Source of the DNA: Desulfobulbus propionicus DSM 2032
Lineage (GTDB): Bacteria; Desulfobacterota; Desulfobulbia; Desulfobulbales; Desulfobulbaceae
Assembly (NCBI RefSeq): GCF_000186885.1
Contig: NC_014972.1
Location: forward strand, 3,819,870 to 3,851,869
Length of the DNA: 32,000 nucleotides
Reading direction: 5' to 3'
Shown: in pieces, positions 7,021-15,409 of the stretch
How the letters are laid out: the number at the start of each line of letters is the position of its first letter
Numbering within the stretch: the first letter of the stretch is position 1
Notes under the pieces: model-generated
What the model was told of the DNA's origin: nothing
Database searches by the model: none
Seen by the model: the letters and a program-made list of their open reading frames with translations, nothing else
Made by a program: the position numbers and the translations under genes

Positions 7021-8532
7021 ATGTCGAACGAAGCAGCCTGTCTGGCGGTGCTTGGCACCGGTTCGGACGTGGGCAAGAGTATCGTCACCACCGCCCTGTG
7101 CCGGATCTTCGCCAACCGGGGCATCCGGGTGGCGCCGTTCAAGGCCCAGAACATGTCGAACAATTCCGGGGTCACTCCGGAAGGGGCGGAGATGGGCCGG
7201 GCCCAGATCGTCCAAGCCGAGGCGGCCCGGGTGGCGCCGCACTGCGACATGAACCCCGTGCTGCTCAAGCCGGTCAGCGATGTCGGCTCGCAGGTGGTGC
7301 TCAACGGCGTGGCCTGGATGGACGCCTCCTCCCAATCCTACTACACCAAAAAAGACTATCTCTTTACCGAGAGCTGCGCGGCCCTGGCCCGGCTGCGCGC
7401 CAGCTGCGATCTGGTGATCATGGAGGGGGCCGGTTCCTGCGCCGAGGTCAATCTGATGGCGCATGACATCGTCAACCTGCGCATGGCCGCCCATGCCGGG
7501 GCGCCGGTGATTCTTGTCGCCGACATCGATCGGGGCGGAGTGTTCGCCCAGATCGTCGGCACCCTGGCCTGTGTCTCGCCCGAGCAGCAGGCCCAGATCC
7601 GCGGCTTTGTCATCAACCGGTTCCGGGGCGATATCAGCCTGTTCCAACCCGGGATCGACTGGATCGAGCGGCGCACCGGCAAACCGGTCTACGGGGTGCT
7701 GCCCTGGTACAAACATTTCCACATCGAGGCCGAGGATGCGGTGGTGATCGAGAACGCCCCCAGGTTCAGCCCCGATGCTGTCGCCGAACCAACCATCGGT
7801 GTTATCCGCCTCCCCCATATCTCCAACTTCACCGATTTCGATCCCCTGGCCCAGCTCCCCGGCTGCCGGCTGGTCTACCTGCAGCAACCGCAGGAGCTGG
7901 AGCAACTCAAGGCCGTGATCCTGCCCGGATCCAAGGCCACCTGCGCCGATCTGCAGTGGCTGGCGGACAGCGGCTGGCGCGACCATCTGCTGCGCTATGC
8001 GGCCGCCGGCGGTCACCTGCTCGGCATCTGCGGCGGCTACCAGATGCTCGGCACCTGGGTGCATGATCCGGACGGCATCGAAGGCCCGCCCGGTTCGACC
8101 GCCGGACTCGGCCTGCTGCCGGTGGAAACGGTGCTCAGGGCACCCAAGACCACCACCCTGACCGATTTTTCCTGGGACGGGATTCCCGGCAAGGGCTACG
8201 AGATCCACATGGGCCGGACCGAACCGCCCGCGGGCCAGGCGTTGGTGCGGGTGGAGCGCCGCAACGGCGTGGCCTGCACGGATCAGGACGGCTGCATCAG
8301 TGCGAACGGCCGGGTGATCGGCACCTACATGCACGGTCTGTTCGACGCCCCGGCCATCACCCGGTGCTGGCTGGCTGGCGTCGGCCTGGAAGACATCGCC
8401 GTGGACACCCTCCACGGCCCGGCGGCTCGCGACCAAGCCTACGAACAGCTGACGGCCCATGCCGGCCGCCACCTGGACATTGCCGCGATCATCGCCTTGT
8501 TGCCACCGGAGCTGCAGGAGCGACTGCGATGA
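7021..8532 (+). CDS. cobQ: cobyric acid synthase (CobQ/CbiP)
   Basis: GTGSDVGKS..ALCR..RVAPFKAQNMSNNS N-terminal ATPase motifs and a C-terminal GATase domain (LLGICGGYQMLG). GGAGG lies 5 nt upstream of ATG 7021. Confidence 0.9.
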   Translation: MSNEAACLAVLGTGSDVGKSIVTTALCRIFANRGIRVAPFKAQNMSNNSGVTPEGAEMGRAQIVQAEAARVAPHCDMNPVLLKPVSDVGSQVVLNGVAWMDASSQSYYTKKDYLFTESCAALARLRASCDLVIMEGAGSCAEVNLMAHDIVNLRMAAHAGAPVILVADIDRGGVFAQIVGTLACVSPEQQAQIRGFVINRFRGDISLFQPGIDWIERRTGKPVYGVLPWYKHFHIEAEDAVVIENAPRFSPDAVAEPTIGVIRLPHISNFTDFDPLAQLPGCRLVYLQQPQELEQLKAVILPGSKATCADLQWLADSGWRDHLLRYAAAGGHLLGICGGYQMLGTWVHDPDGIEGPPGSTAGLGLLPVETVLRAPKTTTLTDFSWDGIPGKGYEIHMGRTEPPAGQALVRVERRNGVACTDQDGCISANGRVIGTYMHGLFDAPAITRCWLAGVGLEDIAVDTLHGPAARDQAYEQLTAHAGRHLDIAAIIALLPPELQERLR

Positions 8533-9623
8533 TCCAGGGACACGGAGGCAACGTCGCCGCCCTGGCCGAGGAACTGGGCTGTCGGCCGGAAGAGATCGTT
8601 GACATGAGCAGCAACATCAATCCGCTCGGTTCGGTCCCGGGGCTGATCGATCACCTTCGGGAACACCTCGGCCGCATCCGGGTGCTGCCGGAGGTCGACG
8701 GCAAGGGAGCCATCCGGGCCATTGCCGCCCTGCTTGGAGTGGACGAGCAGCGGGTGCTGGCCGGCGGCGGCACTACCCAGTTCATCTACACCGCCTGCGC
8801 GGCGCTGGCTTCCCGCCGGGCGCTGATTGTCGGCCCCACCTATGCCGACTACACCGACGGCTGCCGGGTGCACGGCGTCGAGCCCGATTTTTTCCTCGCT
8901 GGCCCGGAAACCGGTTTTGCCCCGGATGTGGAGCGGCTGGCGGCCCGTCTGTCCGCCTACGACACTGTTTTCCTCTGCAACCCCAACAATCCCACCGGTC
9001 AGCTGATCGACCCTGCGGCCCTTGTGCAGCTCTGCCGCCACCACCCTCAGGTGCGCTTTGTGATCGACGAATCCTACCTGCCCTTTGTGCCGGCGGAGCA
9101 GGCGCGCAGCCTCAGCAATTGCCTGCTCGACAATGTGGTGGTGCTGTGGTCGGTGTCGAAAATCTTCGGCATGCCTGGCCTGCGGGCCGGTTTTCTGGTG
9201 GCCAATGGGCCGCTGATCGACCGCTTCCGCCGCTACATGCAGCCCTGGAGCGTCAACACCCTGGCCCAGGAGGCGGTCTGCTTTCTCGGTCGCAACCAAG
9301 AGGCGGTGGAGGCCTTCATCGAGCGGACCCGTGCCTACCTGTCCGAGGAAGGAACGCTGTTTCGCCAGCGGTTGCACGGCGGTCGCCTGCATGTGTACCC
9401 GAGCACCACCTCCTATTTTCTCCTCAGACTGCCCGAGGACCACACGGCCGCCGGAATTTGCCGCGCCTTGGCCGAGCGGCGCTTTCTCATCCGCAACTGT
9501 GCCAATTTCCATGGCCTCGACGAGCGCTACATTCGCATCGCCCTCAAGGACGCGGCCACTAACCGGGCAGTGGCCGAACACCTGCTGGCGGCGATTGGCG
9601 CGGGCCAGGCGGGACGGCCATGA
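8529..9623 (+). CDS. cobD: L-threonine-O-3-phosphate decarboxylase (Salmonella CobD; class I/II aminotransferase fold)
   Basis: Starts MIQGHGGN (typical of the family). NPNNPTG and a PLP-lysine context SVSKIFGMPGLRAG are present. ATG 8529 overlaps the cobQ stop as ATGA. Confidence 0.8.
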   Translation: MIQGHGGNVAALAEELGCRPEEIVDMSSNINPLGSVPGLIDHLREHLGRIRVLPEVDGKGAIRAIAALLGVDEQRVLAGGGTTQFIYTACAALASRRALIVGPTYADYTDGCRVHGVEPDFFLAGPETGFAPDVERLAARLSAYDTVFLCNPNNPTGQLIDPAALVQLCRHHPQVRFVIDESYLPFVPAEQARSLSNCLLDNVVVLWSVSKIFGMPGLRAGFLVANGPLIDRFRRYMQPWSVNTLAQEAVCFLGRNQEAVEAFIERTRAYLSEEGTLFRQRLHGGRLHVYPSTTSYFLLRLPEDHTAAGICRALAERRFLIRNCANFHGLDERYIRIALKDAATNRAVAEHLLAAIGAGQAGRP

Positions 9624-10594
9624 ACGCGGCCCTGGGCGAGTGGCTCCCGTGGATGGCCCTGCCAGCGGCCTTTGCCTTGGACGCCCTGCTGGGGGACCCC
9701 CGCTGGTTGCCCCACCCGGTGCGCTGGATGGGGCGGACTATCCAGCTGGCCGAGCCGCTGTTTCGTCGCTGGTTCAAGAATGAGCTGCTGGCCGGTCTGT
9801 GCTTTGCCCTGAGCTTGATCCTCGGCTGCTGGGCGCTCGCCTTCCTGATCGTTCGTCAAGCCTATGGCCTGCATGCCCTGGCAGGGTTCGCGCTGGAAAC
9901 CATCATGCTTTTCTACTGCTTCTCGGCCCGCTCGCTGGCCCAGGCGGCCCTGGAGATCGACGCTTCCCTGGCCGCCGGCGAGGTGGACAGGGCCCGTTCC
10001 CAGGTGGCGATGATTGTCGGCCGGGATGTGGAACGATATGGGGCGGACGATATCGCCCGGGCCACGGTGGAGACCGTGGCCGAAAATGTGGTCGACGGCG
10101 TGCTCTCGCCGCTGTTTTTCGCCGCCATCGGTGGCGCGCCCCTGGCCCTGGCCTACAAGATGGTCAATACCCTGGACTCCATGGTGGGCTACAAGAATCC
10201 GCGCTACCTGCTGTTTGGCCGGGCTGCGGCCCGTATCGACGATGCGGCCAACTTCCTGCCCGCCCGCCTATCGGTGGGGCTGATCGCCTTGGCCTGCCGC
10301 CTGGTGGCCGGCGCCTCCAGCCGCCGCGCCCTGGCCACGGGCTGGCGGGAAGGGGCCAACCATGCCAGTCCCAATGCCGGCTATCCGGAGGCCGCCTTTG
10401 CCGGTGCGCTGGGGGTGCGGTTGAACGGTCCCAACTCCTACCACGGGGTGCTGGTGGAAAAACCCTACATCGGTGTGGGGCTGGGATCGGTGACCCTCGG
10501 CCATATCCGGCAGGCCTGCCGCCTGATGACTTGGACTTCGCTGGCGGGCTGCCTGGTGGCCTGGCAGTTGTCGCTTGTCGTGTCCTTGTTCTGA
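9620..10594 (+). CDS. cbiB: adenosylcobinamide-phosphate synthase, membrane protein (CbiB; CobD in the P. denitrificans nomenclature)
   Basis: DALLGDPRWLPHPVRWMG signature at the N-terminus and a polytopic membrane profile. ATGA overlap with the preceding gene. Confidence 0.9.
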   Translation: MNAALGEWLPWMALPAAFALDALLGDPRWLPHPVRWMGRTIQLAEPLFRRWFKNELLAGLCFALSLILGCWALAFLIVRQAYGLHALAGFALETIMLFYCFSARSLAQAALEIDASLAAGEVDRARSQVAMIVGRDVERYGADDIARATVETVAENVVDGVLSPLFFAAIGGAPLALAYKMVNTLDSMVGYKNPRYLLFGRAAARIDDAANFLPARLSVGLIALACRLVAGASSRRALATGWREGANHASPNAGYPEAAFAGALGVRLNGPNSYHGVLVEKPYIGVGLGSVTLGHIRQACRLMTWTSLAGCLVAWQLSLVVSLF

Positions 10595-10599
10595 TCGGC

Positions 10600-12426
10600 T
10601 CAGCCCCGCCGTTCGCCATCATTCCGTGGCGCCGCCGGCAGGATGAGGGTGAAGGTCGATCCCTTGCCAAGGCTGCTTTCCACCTCCACCGTGCCGTTGT
10701 GGGCCTGGGCGATGTGTTTGGCGATGGCCAACCCCAGACCGGTGCCGCCCTGATCGCGGCTTCTTGCCTTGTCGCAGCGGTAGAAACGTTCGAACAACCG
10801 CGGCAGATGCTCCTTGGCGATACCCGGACCGTTATCGATCACGCTGAGGTGGACAAACTCCTCGCCCTGTCTGTTCCGACTGCCCTGGCAACGCAGGGTG
10901 ATCAGCGAACCCTGGGGGCTGTAGGCAATGGCATTGCCCAGCAGATTGATCACCGCCTGCTCCAGGAGCGGCTGATTGATCGGCGCATACCACTCCTCGT
11001 CGCTCTCCACCTGGATGATAATCCCCTTCTCGTCGGCCTGCACGGCGCAGGTCTGGAGCGCGCTTTCCAGTACCGGCCCAACCTCGGCCACCGTCAGGCT
11101 GATATCCCTGCGCTGCTCCCGGTCCTCGATTCGTGACAGGGTCAGCAGGTCGTCGACGATGGCATCCAGCCGATTGGCCTGACGGACGACAATGGAGAGA
11201 AACCGGCGCGCGTTGTCCTGATCCTCGAGCGCCCCGTCAAGCAGGGTTTCGACATAGCCCTTGATGGCGGTGATCGGTGTCTTTAGCTCGTGGGAGACGT
11301 TGGCCACGAAGTCCTGACGAATGTTTTCCAGCCGGTTGAGCTTGGTCAGGTCGTTCATCACCAGGAGCACGCCCATGCTCCTGTCATCCTCGTCACGCAG
11401 GGGCACGGCGTGGGTATCGAGCAGGATCGGATCGGTGCCGTTGAACAGGGTCACCTTCTGTTCCTGGGGGGTGTTGTGCGCAAGGGTGCAATCCACCATT
11501 TCCAGCAAATAGGGGTTGCGGATCACCCCCTGCACCGCCTTGCCCTTGACCCCCTCCGAAGGCAGGCCAAACAGGGCCGCGGCCGCCTGATTCATGCGAA
11601 TGATCTTCTTGTCGGCATCGATGGCCACCACCGCGTCGGCCATGCTGGAAAAAACCGCCTCCAGTTGGTTGCGCTGCTGGATGATGATGCGGATCCGGCG
11701 GTTGATCTGCTCGGCCATCTGGTTGATCGACCCGGCCAACCCGGCCATCTCCGCCGACATGTGTTCACTGTTGATTTTGACCAGTTGGTCGATCCGCCCC
11801 TTGGTCAACTGTTCGGCGCCCCGCTTTATTTCCTCCAGGGGGCGGCTGATGCGGCGCGCCGAGTAGAGCGAGAGCAGCGCCGCCAGCACGGCCACCGCCA
11901 GGCCGATGGCCAGCAGCTTCTTGTGCAGGGTGGCCAGCATGATCTCCACCGGCGTGATGGCAATGGCCAACCGCAGGGCGCCCCGCAGTTCCTCCTCGCC
12001 AAGCCGCACCGGAATGGCGGCATAGAGCATGGATTCGCCGAGCGTTCGGCTGTGGCGGAGGGAGTAGCCGGTTTCGCCGGCCAGGGCCGGCACCACTTCG
12101 GGCCGGGTGGCGTGGTTGTCCATCAGGTTGTGATCTTCGTTGGAATCGGCCCGCACCAGGCCGTTGTTGGCAATGACCGTGATCCGGGTCGCTGCCCGGC
12201 GGCCGGTCTGACGGACAAAATCCTGGAAGGGTCGGTCTTCCCCCCGGCTGAGGGTGGCGATGGTCGGCTCGATCAGCAGGGCACGTTCACGGATCTCTTC
12301 CTTGAGGTGCTCGATGTAGAAGTCACGGCCGGTGGTGGTCGCCAGCCAGGCGGCCAGCAGCAGGGAGAAGAGGGTGATGCCGACGCAAGCGGGAAAAATC
12401 TGCCAGAAAAGACGAATATTACGCAT
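10600..12426 (-). CDS. phoR: PhoR-like sensor histidine kinase (2 TM, periplasmic domain, HAMP, PAS, HisKA, HATPase)
   Basis: H-box FVANVSHELKTPITAIKGY, N-box NLLGNAIAYS, and G-boxes DNGPGI and GGTGLGLAI. ATG 12426 (MRNIRLF..) is preferred over TTG 12447 of the ORF track. Confidence 0.85.
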   Translation of the reverse strand: MRNIRLFWQIFPACVGITLFSLLLAAWLATTTGRDFYIEHLKEEIRERALLIEPTIATLSRGEDRPFQDFVRQTGRRAATRITVIANNGLVRADSNEDHNLMDNHATRPEVVPALAGETGYSLRHSRTLGESMLYAAIPVRLGEEELRGALRLAIAITPVEIMLATLHKKLLAIGLAVAVLAALLSLYSARRISRPLEEIKRGAEQLTKGRIDQLVKINSEHMSAEMAGLAGSINQMAEQINRRIRIIIQQRNQLEAVFSSMADAVVAIDADKKIIRMNQAAAALFGLPSEGVKGKAVQGVIRNPYLLEMVDCTLAHNTPQEQKVTLFNGTDPILLDTHAVPLRDEDDRSMGVLLVMNDLTKLNRLENIRQDFVANVSHELKTPITAIKGYVETLLDGALEDQDNARRFLSIVVRQANRLDAIVDDLLTLSRIEDREQRRDISLTVAEVGPVLESALQTCAVQADEKGIIIQVESDEEWYAPINQPLLEQAVINLLGNAIAYSPQGSLITLRCQGSRNRQGEEFVHLSVIDNGPGIAKEHLPRLFERFYRCDKARSRDQGGTGLGLAIAKHIAQAHNGTVEVESSLGKGSTFTLILPAAPRNDGERRG

Positions 12427-12516
12427 GGGGTTCTCGGACCTGGGCAATGGAGTTGCACCCTGAACAGGCAGGGCGGGCTGAATCGAGGCGACGGATGCGG
12501 ACGGCGAGCAGCCTTG

Positions 12517-13212
12517 TCACTCGCGGATGCGGTAACCGATGCCGCGGACGGTTTCGATGCAGGTGCCGGCCGACCCCAGTTTCTTGCGCAGACCGAAGAT
12601 CTGCACGTCCACCGCCCGGGGGGTGATGCTGTAATCGTAGCCGCGTACCTGATCGATGATCTGCTGGCGGGAAAAGACCCAGCCCGGCCGGCCGGCCAGC
12701 AGGGCGAGAATGGTGAACTCCGAGGCGGTGAGGTGGATCTCCTGGCCATCGACACGAACCTCGTGGCGGCCCGGATGGATATCCATGCCATGGCGGCTGA
12801 TGAATCCGGCCTGCTCGTCCGCGTCCACGACCGGTTCCGGCGTGCGGCGCAGGGCCGCCTCGAGGCGGGCGATCAACACCCGGGGACTGAAGGGTTTGGT
12901 GACGTAATCATCGGCCCCGCACTCCAGACCGCTGACGATGTCGTCCTCCTCGCTCTTGGCGGTGAGCATGATGATCGGCAGTCCCTTGATCGCCTCCTGG
13001 CCGCGCACCGCTCGGCAGACCTCGTTGCCGTCCTTGCCTGGCAGCATCAGATCGAGCACCATGGCGTCGATCGGTTCGCGGGCGAGCAGCTGCAACGCTT
13101 CCTCGCCGCTGTCGGCGCAGGTGACGTTGAAACCGGCCTTGATCAAGTTGTAGCTGACAAGCTGTTGGATGTCGGCGTCGTCCTCGACAACCAGAATGCT
13201 TGGTTTTCTCAC
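12517..13212 (-). CDS. phoB: OmpR/PhoB-family response regulator
   Basis: REC domain (ILVVEDD, phospho-acceptor MVLDLMLPG, LTAK) and a winged-helix C-terminus (..RGIGYRIRE). GTG start is preceded by GGAG. Confidence 0.9.
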   Translation of the reverse strand: MRKPSILVVEDDADIQQLVSYNLIKAGFNVTCADSGEEALQLLAREPIDAMVLDLMLPGKDGNEVCRAVRGQEAIKGLPIIMLTAKSEEDDIVSGLECGADDYVTKPFSPRVLIARLEAALRRTPEPVVDADEQAGFISRHGMDIHPGRHEVRVDGQEIHLTASEFTILALLAGRPGWVFSRQQIIDQVRGYDYSITPRAVDVQIFGLRKKLGSAGTCIETVRGIGYRIRE

Positions 13213-13401
13213 ATGAATCTCCTGTTCGTCAAAATGGTTTGTCTGGCTGTACTGTTATGCAGCGCCTGCGGGCGTGCAACAAAAAAGCTCGACATTAACG
13301 CGATCCTAATTGATCGCTAACCGGGTCATAATCCGTGTCCCGTAAACAGCACACTGAGGAACCATTGCGTGCACACAACAAGTTTTTCGGGGAGGAACCC
13401 T

Positions 13402-14076
13402 GTGAGTCGACACATGCATTTCCACCGTGAGATCGATCAGCTGAAACAGATGATTCTTCAACTGGGCACCCTGGTGGAAGACCGGTTGCGCCGCGCCTGC
13501 ACCATCCTGGAAACCGGGGACGAGGTTCAGGCCCAGGCGGTGATCACCGGCGACTGGGAGGTGGACGACATGGAGATCCGGGTGGAGGAGGAGTGCCTGA
13601 AAATCCTGGCCCTGCATCAGCCGGTGGCCCGCGACCTGCGGCTGATCGTCTCGATCATCAAGATCAACAGCGAGCTGGAGCGGATTGCCGATATCGCGGT
13701 CAATATCGCCAAGCGGGTGGTAACCATCAACCGCAACAGAGCCGACGGCTTTGTCGTGGCCATTGACTATCAGCCCATGGCCACGAAGGCCCTGGAAATG
13801 GTCAAGACCAGCCTCGATGCCCTGGTGACCGAGGATGCGGCCCTGGCCCGGCGGATCTTTCTCATGGACGACGAGGTCAATCGGATGCGCGACGATGCCT
13901 ACAAGACAGTGATCGGCGAGATCAGCCACCATCCCGATCACGCCGCCTGCCTGGTCAACACCTATCTCATCGCCCGTCATCTGGAGCGGATCGGCGACCG
14001 GGCCAACAATATCGCCGAAGAGGTGATCTACCTTGTCGAGGGCGAGATCGTGCGCAGCAGCGAGGATCCCGCCTGA
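13402..14076 (+). CDS. phoU: phosphate signalling complex protein PhoU
   Basis: Two PhoU repeats carry the signatures ALHQPVARDLRLIVSIIKINSELERIADIA and ARHLERIGDRANNIAE. GGAGG lies 6 nt upstream of GTG 13402. Alternative starts are 13369 and 13414. Confidence 0.85.
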   Translation: MSRHMHFHREIDQLKQMILQLGTLVEDRLRRACTILETGDEVQAQAVITGDWEVDDMEIRVEEECLKILALHQPVARDLRLIVSIIKINSELERIADIAVNIAKRVVTINRNRADGFVVAIDYQPMATKALEMVKTSLDALVTEDAALARRIFLMDDEVNRMRDDAYKTVIGEISHHPDHAACLVNTYLIARHLERIGDRANNIAEEVIYLVEGEIVRSSEDPA

Positions 14077-14180
14077 ACAAAGGTGCCCCGCCGTTCCCTG
14101 GGGCAGGGGGTCGGCGGATCTCAAACACCTTCCGCTCCTTCCCATTCCCCGGCCACCCGGTTGCCGCGGCCGGGAGAGCC

Positions 14181-15395
14181 TCATGCCCTCCGGCCCCAGA
14201 CCATGTACACCGGATCGCTCAGCCACAGTTCCTGGTGCGGGTCATCCGCCGGCCGGGGGAGGCCGCGCCGTGACAGGGTGGCTAGATCGGTGAAGCCGCC
14301 GGTGGCGTGAAAGAGTTCGGCCACCATCCCCAACCGTTCGAACTCGTGCATCTCCGACCACAGATGGGTCACCTTGGGCGGGAACCACCGGTTGGAAAAG
14401 GCAAAGGCCAGCACCCCGCCGGGCGTCACGACCCGATGCAGTTCCCGCATCACCGCCAAGGGATCGACCAGATATTCCACCGAGGCCGTACAGATGACCG
14501 CGTCGAAACTGGCCGGGGCGAAGGGCAGGGCCGGCTGGAGGTTGAGATCCTGGACCAGGGTGGCGGTGGCTCGCGGGTTGCGGGCCAGTTCCTCGGCATT
14601 CATCCCCAGCACGGTCAAGCCGGCCAGTTCGAGACTGTCCGGCAGATGCGAGGCCCAGCTGCCCATGAGATCGAGCACCCGGCTGCCGGGACGGATCAGC
14701 TCGGCATAGCGGCGGCCGATGGCCGATCGGGCGGTGCTGTCCAGGTGATGCACCAGTCGCGGCTGGCCATAGAAAAGCGCGTCCGGCTGGGGGTCGTTGC
14801 GGCTGAACGGGCCGCCGCTGGTAAAAAAGGCGGTTGCGCTGCCTGCAGAGCGGGCTTGCATGCCTGGTCCGTCACTGGCGATCCGTTCCAGCCAGTCCTC
14901 GCAGCGGCCGCCGCGTTCGTTCTGCTGCTGGGGGTGGAGGGCGATCACCTCCGCCCGCAGGAGGAGATCGCGGCCCGCCAGCGGGTGGTTGAGGTCGAAG
15001 GCCAGGTCCGCGCCGTCAGTGCCGAGAAAACGGCAGGGGCTGGTCGACACCTGGTAGACGCCGCCCACCCCCCGAAGCAGGCCCTGGGGGTAGAAGCGTC
15101 CCGGCAGCGGCCGCAGGGGAGCGCCTTGGCTGTTCCGCCCCTGAAACTGGCCGGGCCGGATCAGGAGGCGTTTGCGCGGATCATGGGGAAAGGGCGAGCG
15201 GTCGGCGGCAATGGCCACCTCGGCCCGATCGCCAACGGTCTTGCCCATCAGCTCCCTGGTCAATGACGGGTCAAGGACATCCCGCCAGAAGTTGACGGGA
15301 TCGGCCCACAGGTACTCCTCGTGCCGGGTGCGGTCACTGGTCCACTCCAGGGTGAATGCCACCGTGGCCCGACTGGATTCATTGATGCGTTCCAT
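14181..15395 (-). CDS. fusion protein: N-terminal SlyD-like FKBP domain plus C-terminal class I SAM-dependent methyltransferase (Methyltransf_11-like)
   Basis: The N-terminal half follows the SlyD layout (..LMGKTVGDRAEVAI.. then FDLNHPLAGRDLLLRAEVIAL). The C-terminal half has FYGQPRLVHHLD, VLDLMGSWASHLP, FDAVICTASVEYL and VTPGGVLAF. A strong AGGAGG RBS (15403-15408 on the minus strand) sits immediately after the photolyase stop. Confidence 0.7.
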   Translation of the reverse strand: MERINESSRATVAFTLEWTSDRTRHEEYLWADPVNFWRDVLDPSLTRELMGKTVGDRAEVAIAADRSPFPHDPRKRLLIRPGQFQGRNSQGAPLRPLPGRFYPQGLLRGVGGVYQVSTSPCRFLGTDGADLAFDLNHPLAGRDLLLRAEVIALHPQQQNERGGRCEDWLERIASDGPGMQARSAGSATAFFTSGGPFSRNDPQPDALFYGQPRLVHHLDSTARSAIGRRYAELIRPGSRVLDLMGSWASHLPDSLELAGLTVLGMNAEELARNPRATATLVQDLNLQPALPFAPASFDAVICTASVEYLVDPLAVMRELHRVVTPGGVLAFAFSNRWFPPKVTHLWSEMHEFERLGMVAELFHATGGFTDLATLSRRGLPRPADDPHQELWLSDPVYMVWGRRA

Positions 15396-15409
15396 GGTTG
15401 TACCTCCTG

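Noticed and set aside
6445-8472. 675-aa ORF on the minus strand spanning cobO and cobQ
   Set aside because: It is antisense to two genes with clear family motifs. Its translation is low-complexity and rich in Arg, Gly, Ala and Pro. Long stop-free antisense frames are expected when the sense strand has strong GC3 bias.
11290-13320. 676-aa plus-strand ORF spanning phoR and phoB
   Set aside because: The same antisense artefact. It has no recognisable motifs, while the minus-strand genes carry complete kinase and receiver signatures.
13213-13401. Pho box in the phoB/phoU divergent region (CTGGCTGTACTGTTATG around 13243-13259)
   Set aside because: Only one half-site (CTGTTAT) resembles the CTGTCAT consensus. 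No second repeat lies at the 11-bp register, so the match is too weak to call.
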